Assembly: GCA_965113315.1 (NCBI GenBank)
Contig: OZ220363.1
Reading direction: 5' to 3' (one strand)
DNA length: 64,000 nt
Source of the DNA: Podarcis vaucheri
Taxonomy: Eukaryota
Below, in pieces: positions 42,701 through 54,700 of this stretch. Under the pieces are notes generated by a model. The model had not been told where the DNA came from. It saw only the letters and a program-made list of their open reading frames with translations, and did not search any database. A program made the position numbers and the translations under genes. Each line of letters opens with the position of its first letter. Positions within the stretch are counted from its first letter, which is position 1.

Positions 42701-45700
42701 TTCAAGCAATCAAGAGTCTCCCAAAGTGGTTCAAAAACAGAGTCAGGCCCGGCCAGCAGGCTTGCAAACTGAAAAGACGAGACACATAAGGAAAGGGAAG
42801 TGGAGTGGGAGAGAGATTAGTCCTTCCAGGCCAGAACAAAGTGGGGAGCTATAAGAGAGGGCATTTATGCTCAGTGGAGGCCAGGGTAGGTAACCTTGCC
42901 TTGCTGATGTTCTCACTTGAAGAGGAATTGTTGGCTCCAGCTCCTTTGACCAATGGGTGGGGCAAGCGCGTCAAACTTCTCCCTTTTGCTTCTATAGTCC
43001 TGGGGCGAGTTGGAGTTGAGTAGGAAGGGAAGAGGTGAGTACCATGTAGCCTGATGGTTCTCTGGCTGGTGGTTGGGGCCAGGTTGGTCTCCTTGCCATG
43101 ATATTCTTCCTTGGAGGGCAACTGGACTGTAGCCCTAATGTGCTGCCCTTCACTTCTGCAGTCCCATCAAGGCTTTTGAATATCTGAATATCAGCATGCG
43201 CAAGCTTAGATTAAGCAACAAGGCCGGCTTTTCTATTCTGGCCAGTGGATATGATACGTCATGGTCCCTTGGGTCGGATATTCTATAGGATATGTGAATT
43301 CTATCCTAGTCCCCTGGATGTCCTTGTAGGTCAGGGACAGCATTATCTGGGGACAAGCTCTGAGTGAATCTTCCTCTTTTGCAAGAGATACTGGTGCAAG
43401 GGCATTAAAACCCTGCTGAGTCCTAACACTGAAAACTGTTTCCAGGAATGAGCCCCAGAGCAGAGAAAGCCTCAGCCCTTGTTCTCCTGCAAAGGAATGT
43501 CCACCTAGCTCATTAATCCTGTGGCTCTTTTGCAGCACGATATTGAGATGCTGGACCCACGAGGCCGAACGCCCCTGGAGCTGGCCGTGTGCCTGGGGAA
43601 CCTGGAATCCGTCCGGGTGCTGTTGCGACATAATGCCAGTGTGGGCCAGGAGAATGCCAATGGCTGGACAGGTATGAAGGTTCAGTGGACAAGGGGATGT
43701 GCCCCATGTTGGTCCGTTTCAATTTCTGTCTCCTCCGCTTAAAGCTGGGGTGAGGAACCTGTAGCCCTCCAGTTTTTGTTGCACTTACAACTCCCACGCT
43801 GGCTATAGGCTGATGGGAGATGGAGTCCAACAAAACCTGGAGAGCCACATGTTCATCCGGATGGTCAGGTTGCACGACTGTGAAACGCCTTCTGCTTGAG
43901 ACCTTGCAGTGCTGCTGCCTAATACTGGGCTCAATAACATATTGAAGCATCTCCTTATATCCTAGGCAAGGGGGGAAATAGAAGGAATGTGTTGAAAGGG
44001 TTGTTGTGAAAGCTGAGCAAGGGAAGACAGCAGTTGAGAAATGAAAGACCTGAGACACGAGGGCTGTGGTTTTGAGTGGTAAGCAACACGAATGAAAGCC
44101 AGAGTCCAGTGCTTAGGCCAGTACTGGAGTAATATGTGTGTTTTGAAGGCAGAACTCTTCCAGGCACTTTTGTATAAGGCACCTATCCTTGCTTCTCTGG
44201 CTTAAGTTTCTGGAGCCTTGCTTTGCCCTGCCTAGGATGGTAGAGGTTTCCCTGGGAACTGAGCACTGATTGGCATGATACCTGTGCCCTTGGCAGCCAG
44301 ACATGTCCTTTTGGCAGATCAATAGGCTGTCTGCTGCTGGTTGGGAGTGAGGATAGAGAAGCTCATTTGGACTTGAGACATGATGGGCACAGTGAGTGGG
44401 GCCAAGAAGCCAAATACTGATTTCCCCCCTCTGCCTCTCTAGTCCTGCAGGAGGCAGTAAGCACAGGGGACCCAGAGATGGTGCAGCTGGTGCTCCAGTA
44501 TCGCGATTACCAGCGGGCCACACAGCGCCTAGGCGGCATCCCAGAATTGCTCAACAAACTGCGCAGAGTATGTACTGTCAACTCCCAGTCAACTTTAGTC
44601 CTTGTGTATTTATCAGTGTCTACAGATTTTATTATAGGGGTGCCCAACCTGTACTCTTGTCAGGACCCCTGGCAAAGGGAGAAAGAAATCTTGCCAAATC
44701 TGCCCTCTCTTAGGATCTTAATGGAATCTCCTTTTCTTTCTAAAACTCTGGTTGTGTTTGTGTTAATTAAAAGCCACAACCCTCTCTCTGGATACTTCTT
44801 CCATAGAGCACCAGCATTAAGTCCCTCACTTTTGTGTGGGCACAGAACCATTGCAATTTAACCATTCCTATGTTCTTCTAATGCACACTTCAAGAAGGGA
44901 AACACTCTTGTCCCTCCCACATTCCCTTGCGAAGGGGCTTGGAAGATGAAGCATTTGAACAGCATGGTTTCAAGATGACAATGGCAGCAGTTACTCTGCA
45001 TCCCAGAAGCATCAACCCTCTTCTCCTCTAAACCCCCTGGGATGCTCAAAAGCACTCTTGGGTTTTCTAGCTAGCAGTTGCTAGATCTAATTGAACTCCC
45101 ATTGGCAAAGTGTGACTCTTAATAGGATTATGGTCACAGCAAAATGTAGTCCCTTTAGAGAACAGGGATTGGCTGTTCTCGCTGCCCCTTCTCTCACTTG
45201 CAGTGCTCTGCCCCCTCACTTTGGTTCTCCATCTCCACAGGCTCCTGATTTCTACGTGGAGATGAAGTGGGAGTTTACCAGCTGGGGTAAGTCAGTGCTT
45301 CACTTCTGGGAGTGGTCCACAAAAGCCTGAGCAGGTGACAGGAGAGAGCTATCCAATAAGGGAGCAGTTTGGCCTGGGGAAATGATGCAGCAGAAGAGTT
45401 AACCACTTAGCCCTCCTGAGCTCAGAAACATAGACGACATTTTGAGGAAGAAGGAAGCCGTGGCTTCACCAAGGAGCAGGATCCATGCTATTGACACGTG
45501 GTATCCTAATCGTGCTCCAGAGATTAGAGGTGTGACACTCTGAAGGAATGATGTGGTGCCAGGCAGAGAGGGCAAGAAGTACCTCTCAGCCATGAGACTC
45601 ATTGGATACTTTGGAGCATGTTGTTGTCTCTCAGTTTGACCTTCCACACAGAGGCTATGGTGCCTCTCTGAAGGGCTGTCTCTCAGTGGGAGAGCACCTG

Positions 45701-48700
45701 CTTTTCACACAGAAGATCCCAGGTTCAGTCAGGCATTTCTATGTAGGGCTGGGATAGGCCTCCCATCCTGAAACTCTGGAGAGCTGCTGCTAGTCGATGT
45801 AGACAACACAAATTTGATGAACCAGTGGACCAGATGGATCAGTATAAGGCAGCTCCCTGTGTTTCTGTGGGTGAAGTACAAATGTGGCAATCAAGTAAAT
45901 GATGCTAAGCAATGTTCCCTCTCCCTCTGCTCCCTCTCTTCCTCTCCGTCATCAGTGCCCCTGGTCTCCAAGATATGCCCAAGTGACGTGTACCGGGTGT
46001 GGAAGCGTGGGGAAAACTTGCGGGTTGACACCACCTTGCTGGGCTTTGAGCACATGACCTGGCAGCGGGGCCGCCGCAGCTACATCTTTAAAGGCGAAGG
46101 TCAGAATATCTCTTTTCTGGGGTGCTTGGCAAGGTATGGGAGGCTATGATACTGACTGCTTTTCTTCTTCCCCTCATTGGCCAGATGAGAATGCTGTGGT
46201 GATGGAGGTTGACCACGACAAGCAGGTGGTGTACACTGAAACGTTGTCTCTAGCCTTGCATGAGCCGGAGTTGATGCTGGCTGCCATGCAGCCTTCTGAG
46301 GAGCACGTGGCCAGCCGGCTCACTTCGCCCATCGTCTCCACCCACCTGGATACCAAGAACATTGCCTTTGAGCGGTGAGCTGGGGCAGGGGGAAGGGTAG
46401 CGTATGGGTCTGTGTGAACCATGTGCTGCTGCTGTCACTGGTTGTTAGCCCCAATGACTATATGCTGCCTCCAGGATCAGAGGCAGCCGCGTGCTGCTCA
46501 GAATACCGGAATTGTCAGGGGACAGTAGCGGGAGAGGGCTAATGGCATCACGCTTGCTGGCTTCCCAGAGGCATCTGATTGGTCATTGTGGGAAATGGGA
46601 TGCTAGACTAGACTATGGATGTGATCCAGCTGCAGGGCTCTTTTTATGGTACAGGATGAGGCCCATGAGACCAAAGCTGGGAAGGATGAAGTCTGCCCAG
46701 GCCCTCGAGCATCAACTAGTTTTGTGAGAAAAGAGGGGGACCAAGCCCCCAGCTTCTACTGCCATAGGTGTCTGCAGCACTGTTACCGCATATGCCCCTT
46801 CTCCCCTCAGAGGAGAGACCTCCACTTGCAGCTCCCTAGTCCCAAGTCTTTCAAGGGCAGGGTTGGGAGAGGTGAAGGTAGAGGTGTGTGTTGAGAGAGA
46901 AAGTTACATTTGATGAGATGGTTATCTTTTAGGCTGAAGAGTATGAGGGCATTCCAAGTCTGAAAAGGGTTGGAAGAGATGAAGCTCCATTGTAGCAGTG
47001 ATGTTTGAGAAAATGGCATTTGAAGAAATGGATATCTTTCGGCTGCATTGTGGCGGGGGGCGCAGCTGAGATCTGCAATGGCAAACTCTATCGCTCTTGA
47101 CCTAAGGGATTTCCTCTCTGCAGGAACAAGTCTGGCATCTGGGGCTGGCGCTCTGAGAAGATGGAAAACATCAGCGGCTATGAAGCCAAGGTACAACTCT
47201 TCCCCCATTCTTGTTTCTTATGTGTGTAAATCTGAAAAAATCAGCAAAGTTTAGCTTAGCTTCACTGCTTCGAGGAAACAGGGCTTGTGTTGGATGGGAC
47301 CAGGTGATATCAATGGTCTCTCTGTCGTTTTTCCAGGTTTACAGTGCCAGCAACGTGGAGCTTGTCACCAAAACCCGTACTGAGCACCTGTCAGACCAGG
47401 ACAAGACACGCAACAAAGGTAAAAGCAGATGTTGAACTGCCTCCAGTTGTGACTCGGTGTGTTGACTCATCCAATGACCCTTCATGCTGCTAGGGATTAT
47501 TTTACCCTACAATTCCCAGAACTCCGATTAATTGTGTGCTGCACTTGCTGTTTGGTGGCTCCTGCCTGCCCTTTGACCACAAGTGACTTGTCCTCATTAG
47601 TCATGATGTGCTCCTCCCATTTACAGGCTTCACCCGGTGGTTAAGAGAACAAAAATGGCAGCAGCGTATACTGAATATTGGCCTGGTCTATATGTAACGC
47701 TCAGCTGAACCATGGCTGAGCAAGAATGAAAATTGCACAAGTGCACCGAGCAAATATTGCTGCCACTTCATTCCTCCCTGATTCCGCTGCCTAAGAAGCA
47801 ACAGGATAGATATGGATTTTGGCTGTTGTCCTGTGTAGACAGCTTTCCAAACCACTGGTGGGCGAGGCAGAGTAAATGGGAATATGTACACAGCATAACT
47901 GTAGGAGTTTGAGAGGGGAGGGACCACTTGGGCCATGCAGGCCAATGGAAGGCACCCACTTTCATGGAGGAGTCTGAGAAGGAGGATGTCAGGCGGTAGA
48001 TGGGCAAGCCTTAGCGGCTATGGCAGGTAGAGGAGCCTAGTGATTCCATGGTGCTGGTGGTTCCATACTGCATCTGGCAATCCTTGTGTAGATCTTCCCC
48101 CATAATGTAAACATCATTCAGTTCATGGATATCAGTATCTGTGGTAGTAATAGAGAGGACCTTTTCTGTAGCCACCTATACCCTGCAACTCTGTCGAGAG
48201 AGACCCACCTTGACCTCTCCCAGAAGGCCTTTTGCCATAATGCAAAGATCTTCCTTTCTTGGCAGGCATTTGGTCTGTCGAGCTGCTGACCTTAACCTTC
48301 CCAGGCAGGTCACTTTCTTTTTTAATCTGCTGCCTCTGCCTCTTTTATCTCTTATCAATGACTGTTTTGCTGCATTTTCCTTGGATTTTGTCGTTCTAAT
48401 GTTACTAGCCGCCTTGAACATTGCTGGGTAAAGGCGCTCTAAAACCATTTCAGATAAATAAAAATAAGATAACGAATAGATTGCACTAAAGTGGTGGAGG
48501 TGGTGGTAGGTTCTTTGGAGAAGACTCTTTAACTTAGACATCCTCCTTTTGTCTTCCAGGTTCTAAAACTCCATTCCAGTCCTTCCTGGGAATCGCCCAG
48601 CAGCATGCTGCCCAGAATGGGGTGAGTGACCAGGTCAGATCCTGCCCGTATATGGGGAAAGGAGATGCTGGCCCAGCCGCACAAATTTAGCCTAGGGGTG

Positions 48701-51700
48701 CATGAGGTGGGGAAGCAGATCACAAGGGGAATATGCCAGAGAAGGGATTGTGTGGCTCCAAAGTGTTGGTGTTCTAGTTCCTGCCCAGATCCAGACCCCG
48801 ATCCTCACTTTTGCAGGCCCCTGTGCTGCAGTCAGCCAGCCCAACCAACCCAACGTCTATTACCCCTGAGGAATACTTTGACCCCAACTTCAACCTGGAG
48901 TCCCGCAATATTGGCCGCCCTATTGAGATGTCCAACAAGGTGCAGAGGTGAGAAGGACGGGGGGATACTGCATGGATTAGTGGGGTGGGGTCAGAAATGG
49001 AAGAAGATGTCAGGATGTGACAGCTGGCACGTAACTCTTACAAAAGGTACTCATTTTTCCAGAGAAAGGTAAGAAACAAAAGGTGGAGGAAATAAAAGCA
49101 TGTCCCTGCAGATAATTCACCCGTGTAGGGGAGTTGCAGGTCCAGTCTCTCCGTGGGCAGATGTTGGGGGCAGGGAGCTGGAGGAATCTCCAGGAAGACT
49201 AACATGCTCCTTGTGTGACAGGTTCAAGGCCACTCTGTGGCTCTGCGAGGACCATCCCCTCTCCCTGGTGGAGCAGGTGACGCCCATAATTGACCTGATG
49301 GCTATCAGCAACGCCCACTTTGCCAAGCTGCGTGACTTCATCACCCTCAAGTTACCTCCTGGCTTCCCTGTCAAAATCGGTGAGAGGTGTGAAGCCTGGC
49401 TGGTTGGGGGGACATTATCTACTCAGGGCAGGGGGGTGGGGGCGGGGGCAAGGAGACAAGCTGACGGGAGGCAGATCAAGAGGGGAAGAGAGAAAAAGGA
49501 AGGCAGAGAATGAAGCTGTGGGGCTCCGCCTCTCCAGACATTCTTTCTGTTGTACATCCATAATGATTTGTCCTCATGAAGGTATTGGGGTAGTTCATAC
49601 ACAACCTTGCTTTCAATGTCATTTGTGCCTGCAAAGGTTTCAGAGTGGACATACTGCTTCATTTGAAATTGGTGAAATCCTGTAATGTTTCATACCTCAA
49701 ATGTTCTTGGGTGGGTGCAAGAGTGCCCCTCCAGAGGGCAATAATGCAATAACTTTGGGGAAACATCTCAGAACAACTAATAAAGCAGAATGATGTCTGC
49801 TATAAATGCACCACCAATGCACTGTTATTGCACCTACAGAAAAGAAAAACCTAGATCCATCTGCACTTTAAATTTAAAGCAGTATCATACCACTTTGAGC
49901 AGGCATGGGTTGTTCCCCTCCAAGAATCCCGGGAACTGTAGTTTGAGGGTTCTATGAATTGTTAAAGAGTTCCCTCTTCTCTTCACAAAGCCAAAATTCT
50001 CAGAGTGGTTTAAATCAGCCCCTTTTCCCAGGGAACTCTGGGAATTGCAGGTCTGCGAAGGGAATAAGGATCTCCTAATAACTCTCAGAACCCTTAACAA
50101 ATTACAGCTCCCAGAATTCTTGGGGGGCAGCCATGAATGTTTATATTTAAAGCTGTATCATACTATTTTATAGTACAGCCCCCAATTTGGAGAAACCCTC
50201 AGCCTTTGTTGTGGGGAAAGGGATAATGTCCTGGGGATGGGAGTGGTCATGAGGGAAATCAGTGAAAAGCTTGAAAATAGAGGTTTACCAACCCCCCAAC
50301 CTCCCTTTGTACGTTTTCTTTCTTTTTCCCAGAAATCCCCCTCTTCCACGTGCTGAATGCCCGGATCACTTTTAGTAACTTGTGCGGCTGTGATGAGCCA
50401 CTGAGCTCAGTGCGAATCTGTACTCCCACCCACACCCCAGAGAGCACCGAGGAGCCGACTGCTGGGGCAGAGGCAGCCAACAACACCAAAGGTAGGAGGA
50501 GCAGGATGGGGTGGGAGCCAGGGTCAGGACTTCCAACAGCTAATCTAACCTTGGAGGGGGGAGAAGAGTGGAAGAGGTGGAGGATGTTCCCGCAGACTGG
50601 GAGAGGAAGGGAGGCAGCATTAGGGTGTCGTGGCCGTGAGCCCACATTGCAGAACTGGGAGACAACGGGGTTAAGGAGGAGATGTGAAAGTGTAAGATGT
50701 CTGAGTGACTGGAAAACGGGTGACTCCTCTGTGGAAGGGAAAGCATGCTTTCTAGAACTGACACATCCTTCTCCATGATCCCGCTACTGACCATCACATT
50801 TTAAAAATGGACATATTGGCTCAATAAGTTTATCGTCATTTTTTTAAAACATCAAATCTTTCTGCTTCAAGAATGCTAGCGCAGCCATGTTCCTTTTGTT
50901 TCCCATTGATGTGCCTGAGAAAGTGGGAGCTATGCCTGCTTGTTGCCACCTTTAGGCTTATGCAGACAACCTGTGTATTCAACTTTTACCTGGATTTGCT
51001 TGCGCAAAGCTTACACGGAGGTTAGATTGTATCTGGTTTTTATTGAGCATTCATTCTGATTGGTTTGTGGGCCAGCTATGCCCCAACAAGCATTCGTCCC
51101 ACATTCATCCTGATTTGCTTGCAGGCTGTTGCTATGGCTTCCTGTTAGTCATTTGCTCACCCTGCAATTTTCAGTGCACTTCCCCACCCCTTCCCAAACT
51201 GCAAAAACGCTGGATTCTTTTTAAAACAGCATTTTTTTGTGCGAGGGCAACAGAGCCCTTCAATCCACTTCAGTTGCGCAAACCTAAATTTCCGGTGCAT
51301 GTTGAGTCTCTCCTGCAAATGAGTGACAATCAGGAGGGACTTTTTGTTAAAGAGGCCCAGCCCATTTGCTGCTTGCCTTAGGCCCTAGGGAGATGTCCTT
51401 TGGCAAAAGTTTTTAAGAGCCCTTTTCATGGGTGGAGAAAGTGAGGCAAAGATGAAGGGACTGGTCTTTGGTGACACAGGACATTGCAGAAGTTGCGTAG
51501 TCCGTTGGCCAGCATGCTAACCATTGTTCTCCCTTCCTCCCCCAGTGTACCCTTTCCCCTGCGAGGTGGACCCATCAGTTTTTGAGGTGCCCCAGGGCTA
51601 TACAATGTTGGGTGCAGGTCGTACAGAGCCCATGCGGGACGAGGATGATGACCTGCTCCAGTTCGCCATTCAGCAGAGCCTCCTGGATGCTGGCACAGAG

Positions 51701-54700
51701 ACAGACCAGGTGACTGGGAGGGCGGAAACCTGCCTGCGCTGGGGTGAAAACGGGTCCATTATAGCAGGCAGGCATGACTAACTGGTTCTTGGAGGGAGGG
51801 CACATGGTGCCAGGATGCTTGTGCGGGGACCAAGTAGAGGTTGGATTGAGTGGTGTAGCAATCTAACTCCCAGTTGTTGGCACTCAGAGTGGAGATAATT
51901 CTTGGCTGCCACTTATAAATGTAGCACTGAGTGCTTTGCAAACCTTGATCTCATTAAGGCTTTTACATCCCAGTAGGAACTGGTGATTATATATTTTCTT
52001 TTTGCATGTGTGTGTGTGTATTTGTGTGAGGGGGTGGAACCTGAGGCCATCAGATTATGGCTTGCCTCAGACCTCCCAGAGAGTCCATGGCTTAACCAAA
52101 GCATTAAGGCTTATTATTTTAGCATTATTCCAAGTCCAAGCCTCAAATTATTACCTGCTACAGCAGGAGCACACACCCATTCTGCCTCTTTGCTATCGGT
52201 TTTAGCATATTCATTCTTGTGTGTTACACCAGGTGACCATCTGGGAAGCTCTGACCAACACACGGCCAGGATCCAATCCTCCGTCCTATGATGAGGAGCT
52301 ACAGCTGGAACGGTGAGTGTTTCTGTAGCAAGAAGAAAGAGGTGGTATTACGGATTCAGTTCTGCAACCTGTATGTTAAGGTGTATTATTTTCTAAAACC
52401 TACTTTGTGGTCACTTGGTCCACCCACCAGCAGCAATTCCATCTTAGCTGGATTGACCTTCAGTCTTGCCAGGCCTCATCCACACCCTCACTGCTTCCAG
52501 ATACTGTTTCAAGGATTTCACTGCCTCAGTGGGGTTTAAGGAAAAGCAGACAGAACTGAGCAGGATCTCTCTATCCTCACAAGACCTCTCCCATCGGCTG
52601 AATGCAGTGTTCTTCCCCAGCTGTTTTCCTTCATATTCCACTATAAAACGGGGTGCAGGGCATCTCCCTCGGTCACCTCACATTCCCCTTCTCTCATCCT
52701 TTCTTACCAAGCAGAATGGGAATGCCCTCTTGGGGAACGTGATGGCAATGAAGAAATTGGGGCATGCTTGAATTAGCTTCCAGTGCATCACCCATGAATG
52801 GAGTTTGCCTGCTTGTAAGCGATATACCCGTCTGTCTGGGAGATCCCCAGGAATTGGCATAGGTGCTACGAGAAACTGAGTTTGGCATAGTTCAGATTGT
52901 AAACACTTTGAAGATGGGTAAAAATCCTCCAGCTCAAGCAGATGCAAATGTATTTGGAGAAATTTCCCCTCTTCAGCCTTCATAATTGTGGGTGTTATGT
53001 GGACCTAGCTGGTTTTCCTACCACCTCCTCTCACCTTACTCTCTCATGCATTTGGCCACTCTGCCTAGTATGAAGTGTGATTGTTTATCTGTCACGTGGA
53101 TCTTCTTCCGTGTGAGGAAAATAAGGCTGATGTACAGCTTTATATCCTTCTGGGGGCATGGATGGGGGCTTTTTTGGGAGGCGCTTGTGATATTTCACAT
53201 TCAGCTGTAAGATTCCTATGTGGGTTTTTGCAACGGTGCCAGTTCTTATTTCTAATAATAATTTGAAAATCTCTTGAACAATTGCAGTCTGCCAGTGGGT
53301 GGAAAGCAAGCACCACCTGCTTTCCGGCACCAATTGGAGAACGATGCCAACAGAACTGAGAAGGCTGAGAGAGCCTGAAGGAAGTTTTTTTGGTATGAGT
53401 AACCACCCATTGCTCTACAAGCACAGAGCTTCCTTAAAATTCAGCAGTTGAGAGAAGACTGAAGGCACATTTGCACCTATGCTCTCAAGCAGCAGGCATT
53501 TACTCCCAGCAGTAACTTCTGAGATAACAGAATCTTAGAATTGTGGGGTTGGAAGGGACCACATGGGTCATCTAGTCCAACCCCCTGCAATGCAGGAATT
53601 TAGTTTGTTCTGTGTTGTCAACACTGCAGTTTAGTTTACTCCTACTATTCAGGCAGTGCAGACAGCCCAGAAGTGACATACTTTACTCCAATTCTGCCCC
53701 CTGTGTCTACTCAAACGCTAGCTCAGGACCAAATAACATCAGCCATTCCGTTAAGGGTTCATTGGCCTATGCATCTTCTCATGTGACGTACGCTGTCATC
53801 TGCTGACAATGCCGTTGTTTACATGGGTCAGACTGCTCACTTGTGACATGAAGGAATAAACAGACACAAATCAGACATGGAAATAGTCACAGAAGCCAAG
53901 GCAAGAGGAGCATTTCAGTCTCCCAGAACTTATTGAAACAGACCTTGAGGTCGCCTCCTTAAAAGTACAAGCAGACCACAAAGTTTCAAATGGCAGTTCT
54001 TGTGTGAGACCGGGCTGGGGGGCTGTTCTTTAATTTTTCTTACATTTATATCCCACCTTTCTTCCAGCATACAGATGGTTCCCAGGTGGTCTCCCAGGCA
54101 CTGACCAGGCTCACACCTTCAGCAAAGAGGTGGCCTTAGGTGCTTTCAGATCACTTCAGCCATTAGCTCAAATTCATCACCAAGTCTGCTGCAGTGAAAC
54201 TTGGACTTGATGAAGACCAGGAGTGGCTAGTTAACTAACACATTTGTCTTTCTTTTGGTCTTTATTTACCTGATTCAGCTTGTTGTTCCTAGTCACCCCA
54301 GAAGATCCTTGTTGAGAAAGAGTTACACCTGCTCTGAGTGGGTCCATCAATCAAATGGATGTAGTTTTATTTGTGCTCTGGCTAGTATTGTGGCAAACCT
54401 GCTGCTATCTTTTGCATTGCTTGTGGTGGGGAGGTTGGCCTCACCTTGTGGAAAGAAAGGTTCACTCTCTACTTTGTGGGTAGGTTCCCACTTTGGCAGC
54501 CACTCCATCTAACAAAATGGGCTTTAGCCCTCAAAAAGTTCATGATGCAAAATGGCCACAGTCTTTACAGTACCACAAGATGCTTTATTCTCGTCAGTGA
54601 AACAGACTACTCGTGCAAAATTGCCCTGGCAGTAATCTCAGCAGTAAACAACAGCTGTTTTGAGAGAATTGGTGTGAACATTCCCTGCACTGATCCAGAA

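Noticed and set aside
48622-48816. ANKRD13D intron 9 length divisible by 3
   Set aside because: It contains an in-frame TAG, so retention would truncate the protein.
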